Shown in pieces: positions 49,300-59,677 of a DNA stretch of 64,000 nucleotides (within the stretch, counting starts at the first letter, position 1; every line of letters starts with the position of its first letter). Under the pieces are notes generated by a model. The model had not been told where the DNA came from. It did not search any database and saw only the letters and a list, made by a program, of their open reading frames with translations. This stretch comes from Acidobacteriota bacterium (lineage in GTDB: Bacteria; Acidobacteriota; UBA6911; RPQK01; JAJDTT01). The position numbers and the translations under genes are program-made. The stretch lies in the NCBI GenBank assembly GCA_965209055.1, contig OZ242374.1:4608001-4672000 (forward strand), given 5' to 3'.

Positions 49300-50681
49300 A
49301 CCCATTTACGCCCAGCGTTATGGCAGTTGCGTACCGCGAGTTCATGCAACGCGTCAAGACCAAGTGGTTCATCCTGGGCACCATCGGAATGCCGGTGATC
49401 ATGGTCGGCGTGGCCTTCCTCATCGTTTTCGCGATGCGGGACGTGGAGGACTCCGAGAAAGGGAAGACCATTGGAGTCGTGGACTCCGGCGGAGCCGTAG
49501 CGAACCTGCTGGTGGAGGAATTGAATGACGGTTTCGTCACGGCGTCGCGGGCGCGCGACCTGGAAGAATTGCCCGCTGACGCGATCCGGGAGCGTTTCCT
49601 TTCGACGGCGTACGACTACCTGCTGATTTTGCCGGACGGAGCCGCCACCTCGGCCCCTGGTGCTCCTGTCGCGGGCAGGGAGGAAACGGATGACACCGGG
49701 GACCGGGTGACCGCCACCTTGCTGGCCAGAGACAAGGTTCCGTCGGGAACTCTGAGATCGGCCCGCAATGCGCTCCAACGGGCTCTTTTGCAAACTCGAC
49801 TCCAAGCGGCGGGAGTCGAAGCAGTGGACGCACGAGAGTTGTTGCGCAGACCTCGATTGAACGCCGTCAACGTCACCGACACGGGCGAGACCCGCTCCCA
49901 GACCATTCAGTCCATCGCCAGCATGGGCGTCGTCTACTTCTATTTCATGCTCCTGGTGGCTTACGGGCAGATGGTCCTGATGTCGACCATCGAGGACAAG
50001 CAATCGAACATCGTCGAAATCCTGGCATCGTCGTTACGCCCCTGGGAATTGATGTTGGGGAAGATACTGGGCTGCGGCGCCATGGCCCTGGCTCAGATCG
50101 GGATTTGGGCCCTGATGGCGGCCACAGCGGTTGGTTTTTTCCTCACCCGCGGAGGATTGGCGAGCGTGCCGTCTCCAGGTCCTGGTCTCGGTGGCGGCCG
50201 CGACCCGATCACCGGTGAAGCCGCCGATCTTTCGGGTATCGACCTGATTTCGGATTCCATCTCGTGGGAAAGCGTCATCCTGGCGCTGCTCTTCTTTATC
50301 CTGGGCTATCTCCTCTACACCTCGGTTTTTGCCGCCGCCGGGGCCACGGTCAGCGATCTTCAGGACGCCCAACAGGCGATGACGCCCATCGTCCTGGTGA
50401 GCATGATCTCCCTCATTGCCGGCCCCTTGCTGATGGAGAGTCCCAACAACCGATGGGCCGTGATCCTGTCGATGGTCCCACCCTTCAACGCTGTGGTGAT
50501 GCCCTCCCGGGTCTTCTCCACCGAAGTTCCGCTCTGGCAGTGGGGGCTCTCCCTGCTCCTCCTGGCCGCGGCTGTGGCGGCCGTCGTCTGGTTGGCCGGA
50601 CGGATCTACCGGGTGGGAATCCTGATGAGGGGACAACGGGCCAGCCTGCCGGAGATCGTTCGCTGGGTCCGTCACGGCTAG
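49296..50681 (+). CDS. ABC-2 type permease (NatB/YhaP-like)
   Basis: Several TM segments; EDKQSNIVEIL, LMLGKILG and IYRVGIL motifs; ATGA coupling to the ATPase gene. Confidence 0.88.
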   Translation: MNPFTPSVMAVAYREFMQRVKTKWFILGTIGMPVIMVGVAFLIVFAMRDVEDSEKGKTIGVVDSGGAVANLLVEELNDGFVTASRARDLEELPADAIRERFLSTAYDYLLILPDGAATSAPGAPVAGREETDDTGDRVTATLLARDKVPSGTLRSARNALQRALLQTRLQAAGVEAVDARELLRRPRLNAVNVTDTGETRSQTIQSIASMGVVYFYFMLLVAYGQMVLMSTIEDKQSNIVEILASSLRPWELMLGKILGCGAMALAQIGIWALMAATAVGFFLTRGGLASVPSPGPGLGGGRDPITGEAADLSGIDLISDSISWESVILALLFFILGYLLYTSVFAAAGATVSDLQDAQQAMTPIVLVSMISLIAGPLLMESPNNRWAVILSMVPPFNAVVMPSRVFSTEVPLWQWGLSLLLLAAAVAAVVWLAGRIYRVGILMRGQRASLPEIVRWVRHG

Positions 50682-50782
50682 GAGTCTGCGTTTCTCGCCA
50701 GGCAGCGTGACGATCGCGCAGGATTATCGCCTTCCCCCTCTTCCTCGTTGCGTCCGGGTTCGGTTCGGCGTACGCTGAATCC

Positions 50783-51181
50783 GTGAAGACGGTGGCCGGT
50801 TCCATTCTCTTGTTCGTCCTGGCCACCAGCCCCATGGTCTGGTTGGTTCGAGAAGCGGGGAGTGAGCCGGCGGCTTCGGCCTGTCCGACTCACGGGAGCG
50901 TCTGCTGCTGTCCGGACGCGTGCCTGAAGCAGTTGAAAACCCCGGACGACGGCCTTCTCGCCTGCGCCCGGCCGGCGCGAATACCGGGCCGGCTCCGGTT
51001 CGTCTCCGACTGCGGAGCCGAGCCCGACGGCATCGGATTCATGAATCTGAAGGCCGTCTTCCTCCCTCCGGTCCGGACCGGTTGCGATGACCTTGACTCC
51101 GGCCTCGCCCCGGAGGCTCCCTTGCGAACCCCCCTGATCCCGCCAGTCCCCGACGACCCTCCTCCACGCTCGTTCTCCTGA
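50783..51181 (+). CDS. Small Cys-rich protein with Pro-rich C-terminus (DUF2946/CruR-like leader candidate)
   Basis: N-terminal hydrophobic helix; CPTHGSVCCCPDAC; C-terminal DDPPPR; directly upstream of a TonB receptor. Confidence 0.55.
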   Translation: MKTVAGSILLFVLATSPMVWLVREAGSEPAASACPTHGSVCCCPDACLKQLKTPDDGLLACARPARIPGRLRFVSDCGAEPDGIGFMNLKAVFLPPVRTGCDDLDSGLAPEAPLRTPLIPPVPDDPPPRSFS

Positions 51182-51293
51182 CTCGAGGACAGTTAAACGA
51201 CGATTCGGGATCCCCCGCCGCCGGGAATATTTCCGTGCGCCCGCCGGGGGTTCCCTGTTTGCTCTGAGCGTGCGACACCAAAAGGAGGTTCGT

Positions 51294-53609
51294 ATGCGCC
51301 AACTGATTGGAACCGCGGCCTGCCTCCATCTCGCCTGCATGGCGCCGGCGGGAGGGAAGCTGCTGGCCGCGGAAACCGAGCCCGTTGTGTTCCAAGGCCG
51401 GGTCGTGGACCCTCACGGCTATCCCATTCCGGGCGCCGAAGTGAAGGCCCTCCGATCCGGCAAACCGTTAGACGCCCGCTTCACCGATGATCGGGGCGAA
51501 TTTCGCGTCCGCCTGAAGCCCGGACGCTACTCGTTCAGGGTCCGGGTGCCTGGCTTTCAAACCTATGAACAAGCGTGGCTCCTGGGAGATCAGCCTCAGG
51601 AATTGCTCTTGCGGTTGGAGGTGGACACGACCGTCCAGCATCTGGAAGTGCGGGCGAGCGCGCCCCGGATGCAGCATGAACTGGCCATGGGAAGCGGCCG
51701 GATCGACCGGCAGGAGAGCCAGGACCTGGCCGAACTTCTCCGGGGCGAGGCGGGAACCGCCGCGGTCCGGCGAGGACCCATCAACCTGGAACCGAACATT
51801 CGGGGCCTGCAGGAAAACCAGATCGGCACCTTCGTGGACCGGACCCGAACCTTTGCCGCCGGTCCCGCGCGGATGGACTCGGACATGAGTCACGTGAGCC
51901 CCCACGCGGTCCGGTCCATTCGCGTGGTCAAGGGCCCCTACGCCCTGGGATGGGGCGCCGGAGTGCTGAGCGGAATCCAGGTGCAGACCTTTCGGCCCCC
52001 CTTCCACAGCGGCGGCGGCCGCTTTCATGGACGGTTCGGATACCGCTACGGACAGAATGCCGTCAACCAGGACGGGCACGGCCTGTTCTGGGGCGGGAAC
52101 GAATGGTTTCGGCTCCACCTGCTCTACAACCGGCGGCAGGGCAACGACTACCGGGCGGGCGACGGAAGCCGGGTCCCTGGCGACTACAGTTCGGACGACG
52201 TGCATTGGAGCCTGGGATTCAAGCTGTTGCCGGAGCTGGTGCTGGACTACGCGGGCGGCTATCAGGAACAGAATGACATCGACTATCCCGGACGAATCCT
52301 GGACGCCAGCTATTTCTACACCCGTTCCAACGCCGTGGGGTTGACCTGGAATCCGGCCGCGGGAGCCCTCTCCGAGATCCGCGGCCAGGTCTACCTGAAC
52401 TTGAAAGACCACCTGATGAACAACGAGGAGAAGCCGACGGCACGGCCCATGGCCGGACGGAAGCCTCCGTTCGGCCTGCTGGTGGACCTGCCCACGGAGT
52501 CGAACACCATCGGCGGGGACTTCTCGGCCCTGATTGAGAAGGGTCTCTGGGATTGGAGGTTCGGCCTGGACTTCTACAATTCGAATCAGACGGCCACGCG
52601 GTCCATATTCCGGCGCGCTCCCATGGTCCTCCTGTTCCGGGATGTGGTCTGGCCCGATGCCGAACTCAGCGACCAGGGATTCTACGTGCAGATGGTCCGG
52701 GAAGGGGAGCGCACCGAACTGGCGGGGACAGTCCGGATCGACCGGGTCCAGGCCGTGGCCGGCGCCGTTTCCGACTTCTTCGCCGCCAACACGCAAGGCG
52801 GACTCGACCAGGGAGAGACGCACGTCAGTGCCGCGCTGAACGGAAGATGGTCCATGGGCCGGGGCGTGTCCCTGACCGCCGGTCTGGGACGCGCGGTGCG
52901 AACCGCCACGGTTTTGGAACGCTATTCCGACCGATTCCCGGCCACCAAGTTCCAGATCGCCGCCGAGTTCATGGGCGATCCGGCCCTGAACCCGGAAGAA
53001 AGCCTGGAATTCAATCTGGGCAGCAGCCTGGTTCGGGAGACGACCCGCCTCGACCTGGACCTCTTTCACCGCGTGATCGACAACTACATCACCGTGCAGG
53101 CGGATCCCTCCCTGCAAAAACGGCTGCCTTTGAGTCCGCCGGTCGTGTTTCGCTACATCAACGGTTCACAAGCCCGCTTCCACGGAGCCGAATTGACGCT
53201 GGAACAAGAGCTGCCCCCCGTTTTCCGGCTCCGGGGATTTCTCTCCTATGTCTGGGGAATGGACGAGCTGTTCGGCGAACCGATCCTGGGACTGCCCCCG
53301 TTGCAGGGACAGGCGGCTCTGGAGCTGAGCTCGCCCGACCGTCGTTACTGGGTGGATCTGTCAGTGACGCTCGTGGCCAGTCAAAACCGGGTGGCCTCCC
53401 GGAGGTTCGAGCAGGCGACCGGCGGTTACTCCGTCGCCGATCTGAGAGGACGGGCGGCTCTCACCTCCGGATGGACGTTGAAGGCCGGGGTCGAAAACCT
53501 GGGTGATCGGCTCTACAGCAATCACCTGAACTCTCCCAATCCCTTCACCCGCCTCCGCATCCCCGAGATGGGCCGGAATTTCTACCTGGGACTGGAATAC
53601 GAGTTCTGA
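51294..53609 (+). CDS. TonB-dependent receptor, OprC/copper-receptor-like
   Basis: AAGGAGG RBS; PNIRG, PARMD, VVKGPY, HLMNN and PEMGRNF motifs; C-terminal YEF. Confidence 0.82.
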   Translation: MRQLIGTAACLHLACMAPAGGKLLAAETEPVVFQGRVVDPHGYPIPGAEVKALRSGKPLDARFTDDRGEFRVRLKPGRYSFRVRVPGFQTYEQAWLLGDQPQELLLRLEVDTTVQHLEVRASAPRMQHELAMGSGRIDRQESQDLAELLRGEAGTAAVRRGPINLEPNIRGLQENQIGTFVDRTRTFAAGPARMDSDMSHVSPHAVRSIRVVKGPYALGWGAGVLSGIQVQTFRPPFHSGGGRFHGRFGYRYGQNAVNQDGHGLFWGGNEWFRLHLLYNRRQGNDYRAGDGSRVPGDYSSDDVHWSLGFKLLPELVLDYAGGYQEQNDIDYPGRILDASYFYTRSNAVGLTWNPAAGALSEIRGQVYLNLKDHLMNNEEKPTARPMAGRKPPFGLLVDLPTESNTIGGDFSALIEKGLWDWRFGLDFYNSNQTATRSIFRRAPMVLLFRDVVWPDAELSDQGFYVQMVREGERTELAGTVRIDRVQAVAGAVSDFFAANTQGGLDQGETHVSAALNGRWSMGRGVSLTAGLGRAVRTATVLERYSDRFPATKFQIAAEFMGDPALNPEESLEFNLGSSLVRETTRLDLDLFHRVIDNYITVQADPSLQKRLPLSPPVVFRYINGSQARFHGAELTLEQELPPVFRLRGFLSYVWGMDELFGEPILGLPPLQGQAALELSSPDRRYWVDLSVTLVASQNRVASRRFEQATGGYSVADLRGRAALTSGWTLKAGVENLGDRLYSNHLNSPNPFTRLRIPEMGRNFYLGLEYEF

Positions 53610-53621
53610 GGAGCGGCGACT

Positions 53622-53707
53622 GGAGCGGCAACTTTCCTGTCGCCGGGAGCGGCGGTTTTCTTACCGCCGATTGGGGGGATACGGAGGGACGGCAGTCCCC
53701 CCTATAC
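53622..53707. repeat. Cluster of REP-like palindromes
   Basis: GGAGCGGCAACTTTCCTGTCGCCG, GGAGCGGCGGTTTTCTTACCGCCGA and GGGGGGA...TCCCCCC. Confidence 0.7.
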
Positions 53708-53741
53708 GTTTTTGTTCTACGCTCTTATTCGGGTCGGGGGA

Positions 53742-53780
53742 CTAACAGTCCCGTGCTCTGTCCTGCTGAGCTTGGGGCGA
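53742..53780 (-). other. tRNA 5'-half-like sequence forming the att arm of E2
   Basis: Minus strand TCGCCCC AA GCTC AGCAGGACA GAGC A CGGGA CTGTTAG (TCCC); same spacing as in E1; no T-arm. Confidence 0.8.
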
Positions 53781-53818
53781 GTGCTTTTATTGTCAAGGGT
53801 TTACGCCACTGCTCTTCT

Positions 53819-54907
53819 CTAATCATTCCCCCTATTTCCTGCCTGTTGCCTGTTTGTTGCCGGTCGCATTTGTGAGTCTTCGGTAGCCTGTGCCTTCCGA
53901 ATGCTGGCGAGTGCATGAGAACTGACGTAACCCGCGTAGCGCATGGTCGTGCTGATCGACGAGTGCCCCATCAGCTTCTGCACCGTCCTCACGTCCACCC
54001 CCTGCATCAGCCAATGGCTGCAGCGGAATCGTCTCAGGTCGTGAAATCCGACCTTCAACCCCACCCGCTCGGCGGCCCGGCGCAACGGCTTGTCCGGATT
54101 CACCCATCTCGTGCCGGTCCGGATGTTGACGAAGACGTATGGCGTGTTCAGGTAACGAACCAGCCCGACCAGGTATCCGGTGGCGTACTTCGAGAGCGGA
54201 ATCTCCCTCGGCTCGTCGTCCTTGGTGAACTCCACCCATAGCAGCCTCCGGACCAGGTCCACCCGTTTCCAGGTGAGCGACAACGCTTCGCCTTTCCGTA
54301 TCCCCGTCTCGCCGATCACCGCAACCATGGCTTGCAGGTAAGGGTTGTCCATCGCCTCGACCAGGTCGCGGAACTGTTGAACCGTCAAAGGCCGGAAGAC
54401 CTTCTTGGGTTCTTTGAGTTTGGGGAACCGAACCAGCGGGTGCGTGTCCACTTCCCCGCACTCCAGCGCGTAGGAAAACAGCTTGCTGATGGCGGCAATG
54501 TCGCGGTTCACCGTGGCCGGCTGCACTTGCTTCTTCCTCCGGGCGACGTAGCGGTACAGGTCCTTGCGTTGGAACTCCTTCAGGGGAATGTTCCCCAGCA
54601 CGGCGTTGAGGCTCTTGAACGAGAGCGCGTAGCGACGGCGGGAGCGCATGCGAGGTTTGCAATACTCCTCGAAGAAACGCTCGTAGAAGCTCCGTACCGT
54701 CCAGACGGTGCGATTCCCGCCGGCGAGCTCCTCCTTGAGCTGCTTCCAGGTGCCGTCCAGGATGCTGGACTCGATTCGTGTTTGAAGCGCCTGCGCGCTC
54801 CGGTAGTTGGGGGCGTACATTCGGAGCCGACCGGATCCGTTCGGCCAGTACTTGCTGACGACGTACCGTCGTCTCCCCCGGCGATCCTTCACCTTGTAGA
54901 TGCCCAT
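53819..54907 (-). CDS. Tyrosine recombinase/integrase (E2), about 90% identical to the E1 integrase
   Basis: All catalytic residues intact; about 37 aa differences counted by eye; start MGIYKV at 54907 with the same RBS. Confidence 0.95.
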   Translation of the reverse strand: MGIYKVKDRRGRRRYVVSKYWPNGSGRLRMYAPNYRSAQALQTRIESSILDGTWKQLKEELAGGNRTVWTVRSFYERFFEEYCKPRMRSRRRYALSFKSLNAVLGNIPLKEFQRKDLYRYVARRKKQVQPATVNRDIAAISKLFSYALECGEVDTHPLVRFPKLKEPKKVFRPLTVQQFRDLVEAMDNPYLQAMVAVIGETGIRKGEALSLTWKRVDLVRRLLWVEFTKDDEPREIPLSKYATGYLVGLVRYLNTPYVFVNIRTGTRWVNPDKPLRRAAERVGLKVGFHDLRRFRCSHWLMQGVDVRTVQKLMGHSSISTTMRYAGYVSSHALASIRKAQATEDSQMRPATNRQQAGNRGND

Positions 54908-54973
54908 GCATCTCCTCCTTTCTGGATCCGGGTTCTTCGCCGTGGGGCGAATCGTACCACGGCTCCAGAGAAC

Positions 54974-56050
54974 GGACCGGTGGGACCTGTCCCCCCAGAC
55001 CCCCCAGTGGCGCCAGAACCCGCGCCGGATCACCATTCCGGCGCTGAACCGGGCGCTTTTATTTGTCGCGTCCCATAAGAATGGGTCCCTCGCGCAGGAT
55101 TCCCGCCGCGTCTCTCGCAGGCTTCCCGGTCGGAGCAAATCTGTCCCCGGCCGAGGTGTCGCTTGAAACCCCCTCAGGCGGGAATTCTCGTGAGATCGTG
55201 AAAAAACAAGCCCGCCATCGGGCCTGTGTTGGCCCGCCGCAGCCGGACGAAGGGTTAGGTATAGGCCCCGGAGCGTCGTCCAGAAGCCTCCGGCGCGGCG
55301 CGGGGAAACAGGCAATTCTCAGCACGGGCGCAGCCCGTTAGGTAGTCCGTGAGATCCGGAGCTCGGGCGATCGGCAAGACGCGATCCTGCTTCCGGAACT
55401 CAGCCTGATGGTGAAGACGGCTGACGTCATCCGATCTTCGTGAGTAGAATCTGATGGAAGTGGGTCAATCGAAAGCAGGCCAAGGAGGCAAAGCAGATGC
55501 GCTCAGACCACACCCCCCCCACCATGCTCAGGATGGTCGTTGCCGTCGTCATCGGACTGATTGTGTTCGAGGTGGTGGCGGCGCTGTATCAGGTCGTCGC
55601 CGGGTTCTTTCTGGCGGCTTTCTGACGTCTTGCCGGGTTTTCGGCCCCAAGAGCAATCCAAAATCACGGCGATGGTAGCCGGTCGGGCCAAGGGTTCCAC
55701 CTCGATGGCCAGGCCGACATGGAAAGCGTCCTCGGTTCTGGCGATCCAGGGGAGAAAGTAAATTGCACCGGTGGGGCTGGGGGCTTGAGAGATCGGTGGC
55801 AACACTGAACTGGAGGCAAAACGACGCACCCTGTGGGAAATCTCTGATTTTCCACAGGGTGGGGAGGTTCGTTGAGACGAAGCTCGATCCCTCTTTGGAG
55901 AGTTCTTTGGTGGGTATGTGTCTCTTCGCATCCGGGGGGTTCGGGGGGGCTGGCCCCACCGCTACGAGCGTCAGGTTCACGGTCGGCTTGGTGTGCCGAA
56001 CGGGGTTCAGGCGCACCAGGGGGGTCTGGGGGGACAGGTCCACCCGGTCC
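54974..56050. repeat. 84-bp imperfect inverted repeats (54974-55057 / 55967-56050) bounding the E2 cargo
   Basis: Perfect 23-bp core GGACCTGTCCCCCCAGACCCCCC (54983-55005) with its reverse complement at 56019-56041. Confidence 0.8.
55497..55625 (+). CDS. Small hydrophobic single-TM peptide (42 aa), absent from the ORF track
   Basis: AAGGAGG RBS; MRSDHTPPTMLRMVVAVVIGLIVFEVVAALYQVVAGFFLAAF*. Confidence 0.5.
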   Translation: MRSDHTPPTMLRMVVAVVIGLIVFEVVAALYQVVAGFFLAAF

Positions 56051-56061
56051 TCGGTCTTCTT

Positions 56062-56375
56062 CCGGGCCTTCCCGCAGGGAGAATTGAGACGGGAGCGACC
56101 CCCCCAGGGGGTGTTGCGCAAATGTGAATTGCGCAACGCCCCCGCGCCCGCACCGGGCAGCAAAAAGGGGGGGTCGCTCCCGTCCACCTCCGATTTCCCC
56201 GTGCAGGCGCCGGCGTTCGGGGGTAGGGGACCGTAACTGACTGAAAGGAAAACAGATCGGGGAAAGCAGAGGTGTGAATCACCGGGACCGCCTTTTGTGA
56301 ATCCACCCCCCATGTCCCATTCACATCCCGGATCAGGCGCGAGACCCCTTGACGCACACCCGAACCGAGTCTCCA
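56062..56375. other. Conserved structured non-coding module of E2
   Basis: Homologue of 43068-43381 with the same nested stems and TGTGAAT motifs. Confidence 0.7.
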
Positions 56376-56888
56376 AAAACCATTGCGGCACCGAGAGTGG
56401 TCATCTCGATCACAACTGAGACGGAGCGATCCTCCACCCGCGGTGCGCTGCCATCCAGGAGCGCAGACCCTTGGCGGCCACATGCTCCGGATCGACACCG
56501 ACGAGGACGACCCTGTCGTCCTCGTCGGCAATCGGCAGTTTGAACGCCAAGGAGCGCCGAGTCTTCCCCACCGTGCCGTAGTACACTTGCCGGGGATGCC
56601 GATTCATGGGAACGTCGCGCCGTTGGAAGCCGGACACCTTCGGCCTCAGGCTGAGTCCTGCGGTGGAGCCAAACGGTCGGCAAAGCCTATCGGATAAGGT
56701 CTCTGAGCCAGGCAACGGAAGGGGGAAAACGGGCGCGGCGGCGTTCAGGAACCGATTCGGCTGCCTGTTTGTTGCCTGTTCAGTATGTCAAACATGGGGA
56801 GTCAACCACCTTACCGGTCCGGCGAAGAACCCGGTAACATATTGAAAACGTTAACGTTCGGTAGTCTTTGACTGTGAGACAGTTGGGA

Positions 56889-58244
<1,356 letters not shown>

Positions 58245-58356
58245 TCAGGGACTTGACCAGATCGGTGCGCATACCGGCCGCAAGCCGAACTGCAGTCAAC
58301 CTTGATTGGAAAGTTCCTCAACCGGGTCGGTCATCCATCTCCGGACGCGGTGACGG

Positions 58357-58683
58357 CTAGAGCTGGTTCTCGATCAGACGGGCGATGTTCTCTCGGGACG
58401 TGGCGCCAACGACCTGGTCCCTGAGTTCCCCATTCTTGAAGAGCAGCAGCGTCGGAATGCCCCGGATCCCATATTTGGCCGAAGTCTCACGATTGTCGTC
58501 GACGTTGAGCTTGACCACCTTGGCGCGACCGGCAAAGTCCTGGGCAATCTGATCGATGGTGGGGGAGAGCATCCGGCAGGGCGCGCACCAAGCCGCCCAA
58601 AAATCCACCAGCACCGGATCGCTCGCCTGTAAAACGTCCGTCTCGAAACTCTGATCTGTAACGTCCTGAACCTTGTCGCTCAT
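58357..58683 (-). CDS. trxA: Thioredoxin
   Basis: DFWAAWCAPC and GIPTL motifs. Confidence 0.96.
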   Translation of the reverse strand: MSDKVQDVTDQSFETDVLQASDPVLVDFWAAWCAPCRMLSPTIDQIAQDFAGRAKVVKLNVDDNRETSAKYGIRGIPTLLLFKNGELRDQVVGATSRENIARLIENQL

Positions 58684-58866
58684 CCTGTCCTCCTGAAATC
58701 TCCATCGAGCGGGCGCCCAACGCCGCCGCCGGCCCCGCTTGACCTTCAGAAACCCTTATTGACTGCCTCTGATTGCGGTGGCGCAGAACCCGGAGCGCCC
58801 ACCGCGGCACATGTTAACATAGGAGCCTGCGTTGAAAGTCGCCGCGGACTGCCCGCGGTCCCACGT

Positions 58867-59667
58867 ATGACTCCGAAATTCCCCCGGGCCAAACGTTCCC
58901 TGGGGCAACACTTCCTCCACGACGCCGGCTACTGCCGCCGGATAGTCCGGCTGGCGGCGCCGACCGGCCGGGAGACCGTCATCGAAATCGGTCCGGGCAC
59001 CGGCCAGCTCACTCGGCTCATCCTGGAACGGGCCCGCAATGTAGTCGCCATCGAGTTCGACCGGGATCTGGCGGACTATCTGAAACGCAGTCTCAGGCCC
59101 GAGTCCCTGTCGCGGCTGACCCTGATCCAATCGGACGTCCTGGATCTCGATTGGGCCGCCACCTTTCCCGAAGCTCCCGTCAAGCTGGTGGCCAACCTTC
59201 CCTATAATATCGCCACCGCCGTACTCACAAAGATGATTCCTTTCGGCCATCGGTTTCACAGCTTCACTTTCATGGTCCAGAAGGAGGTCGCCGAGCGCAT
59301 TCTGGCCCGGCCCGGTTCCAAGAGCTACGGCTATCTCACGCTGGTGCTCCAACACCGCTTTTCCCGGATTCGCGGCTTCGACGTGCCGGCCGGCGCTTTT
59401 GCCCCTCCACCCGAGGTCCGCTCCCACGCCATGCAGTTGTTCCCCCGCCCACGGCCGGCCCACCTCCCGTGCCACGACCGGTTCCTGCGGCTGATCCGGA
59501 CCGGATTCCGCCAGCGCAGGAAGACACTCAGAAACAATCTCCGGAGCGTGTTCGGACCCTGGAAGGGGCGCCTGGAACCGGCTTTCGAAGACGCCGGAAT
59601 CGAACCCCGTCAGAGGGCGGAGGAGGTGTCTTTGGAACAGTTTGTGTGTCTGGCACGCATGCTATAG
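58867..59667 (+). CDS. rsmA: 16S rRNA m6,6A dimethyltransferase
   Basis: KRSLGQHFL, EIGPGTG, ANLPYNI, MVQKEVAER and QRRKTL motifs. Confidence 0.96.
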   Translation: MTPKFPRAKRSLGQHFLHDAGYCRRIVRLAAPTGRETVIEIGPGTGQLTRLILERARNVVAIEFDRDLADYLKRSLRPESLSRLTLIQSDVLDLDWAATFPEAPVKLVANLPYNIATAVLTKMIPFGHRFHSFTFMVQKEVAERILARPGSKSYGYLTLVLQHRFSRIRGFDVPAGAFAPPPEVRSHAMQLFPRPRPAHLPCHDRFLRLIRTGFRQRRKTLRNNLRSVFGPWKGRLEPAFEDAGIEPRQRAEEVSLEQFVCLARML

Positions 59668-59677
59668 TTGGCCGCCA

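Noticed and set aside
53610-53710. Possible CRISPR array among the short repeats
   Set aside because: Units are not identical, there are no regular unique spacers and no cas genes; they fit REP palindromes.
53742-53780. Functional tRNA genes (apparent anticodons GTT and TCC) at the element ends
   Set aside because: There is no T-arm, 3' acceptor strand or CCA, either in place or in the reconstructed attP/attB; these are half-tRNA-like sequences only.
54908-55315. 136-aa N-terminal extension of the E2 integrase given in the ORF track
   Set aside because: It is absent from the E1 copy, runs through the inverted repeat, and the RBS supports the start at 54907.
55549-56531. ORFs across the conserved module (also 42842-43417 and 43029-43325)
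   Set aside because: Frames are not preserved between the two copies; the conservation is better explained by DNA/RNA structure.
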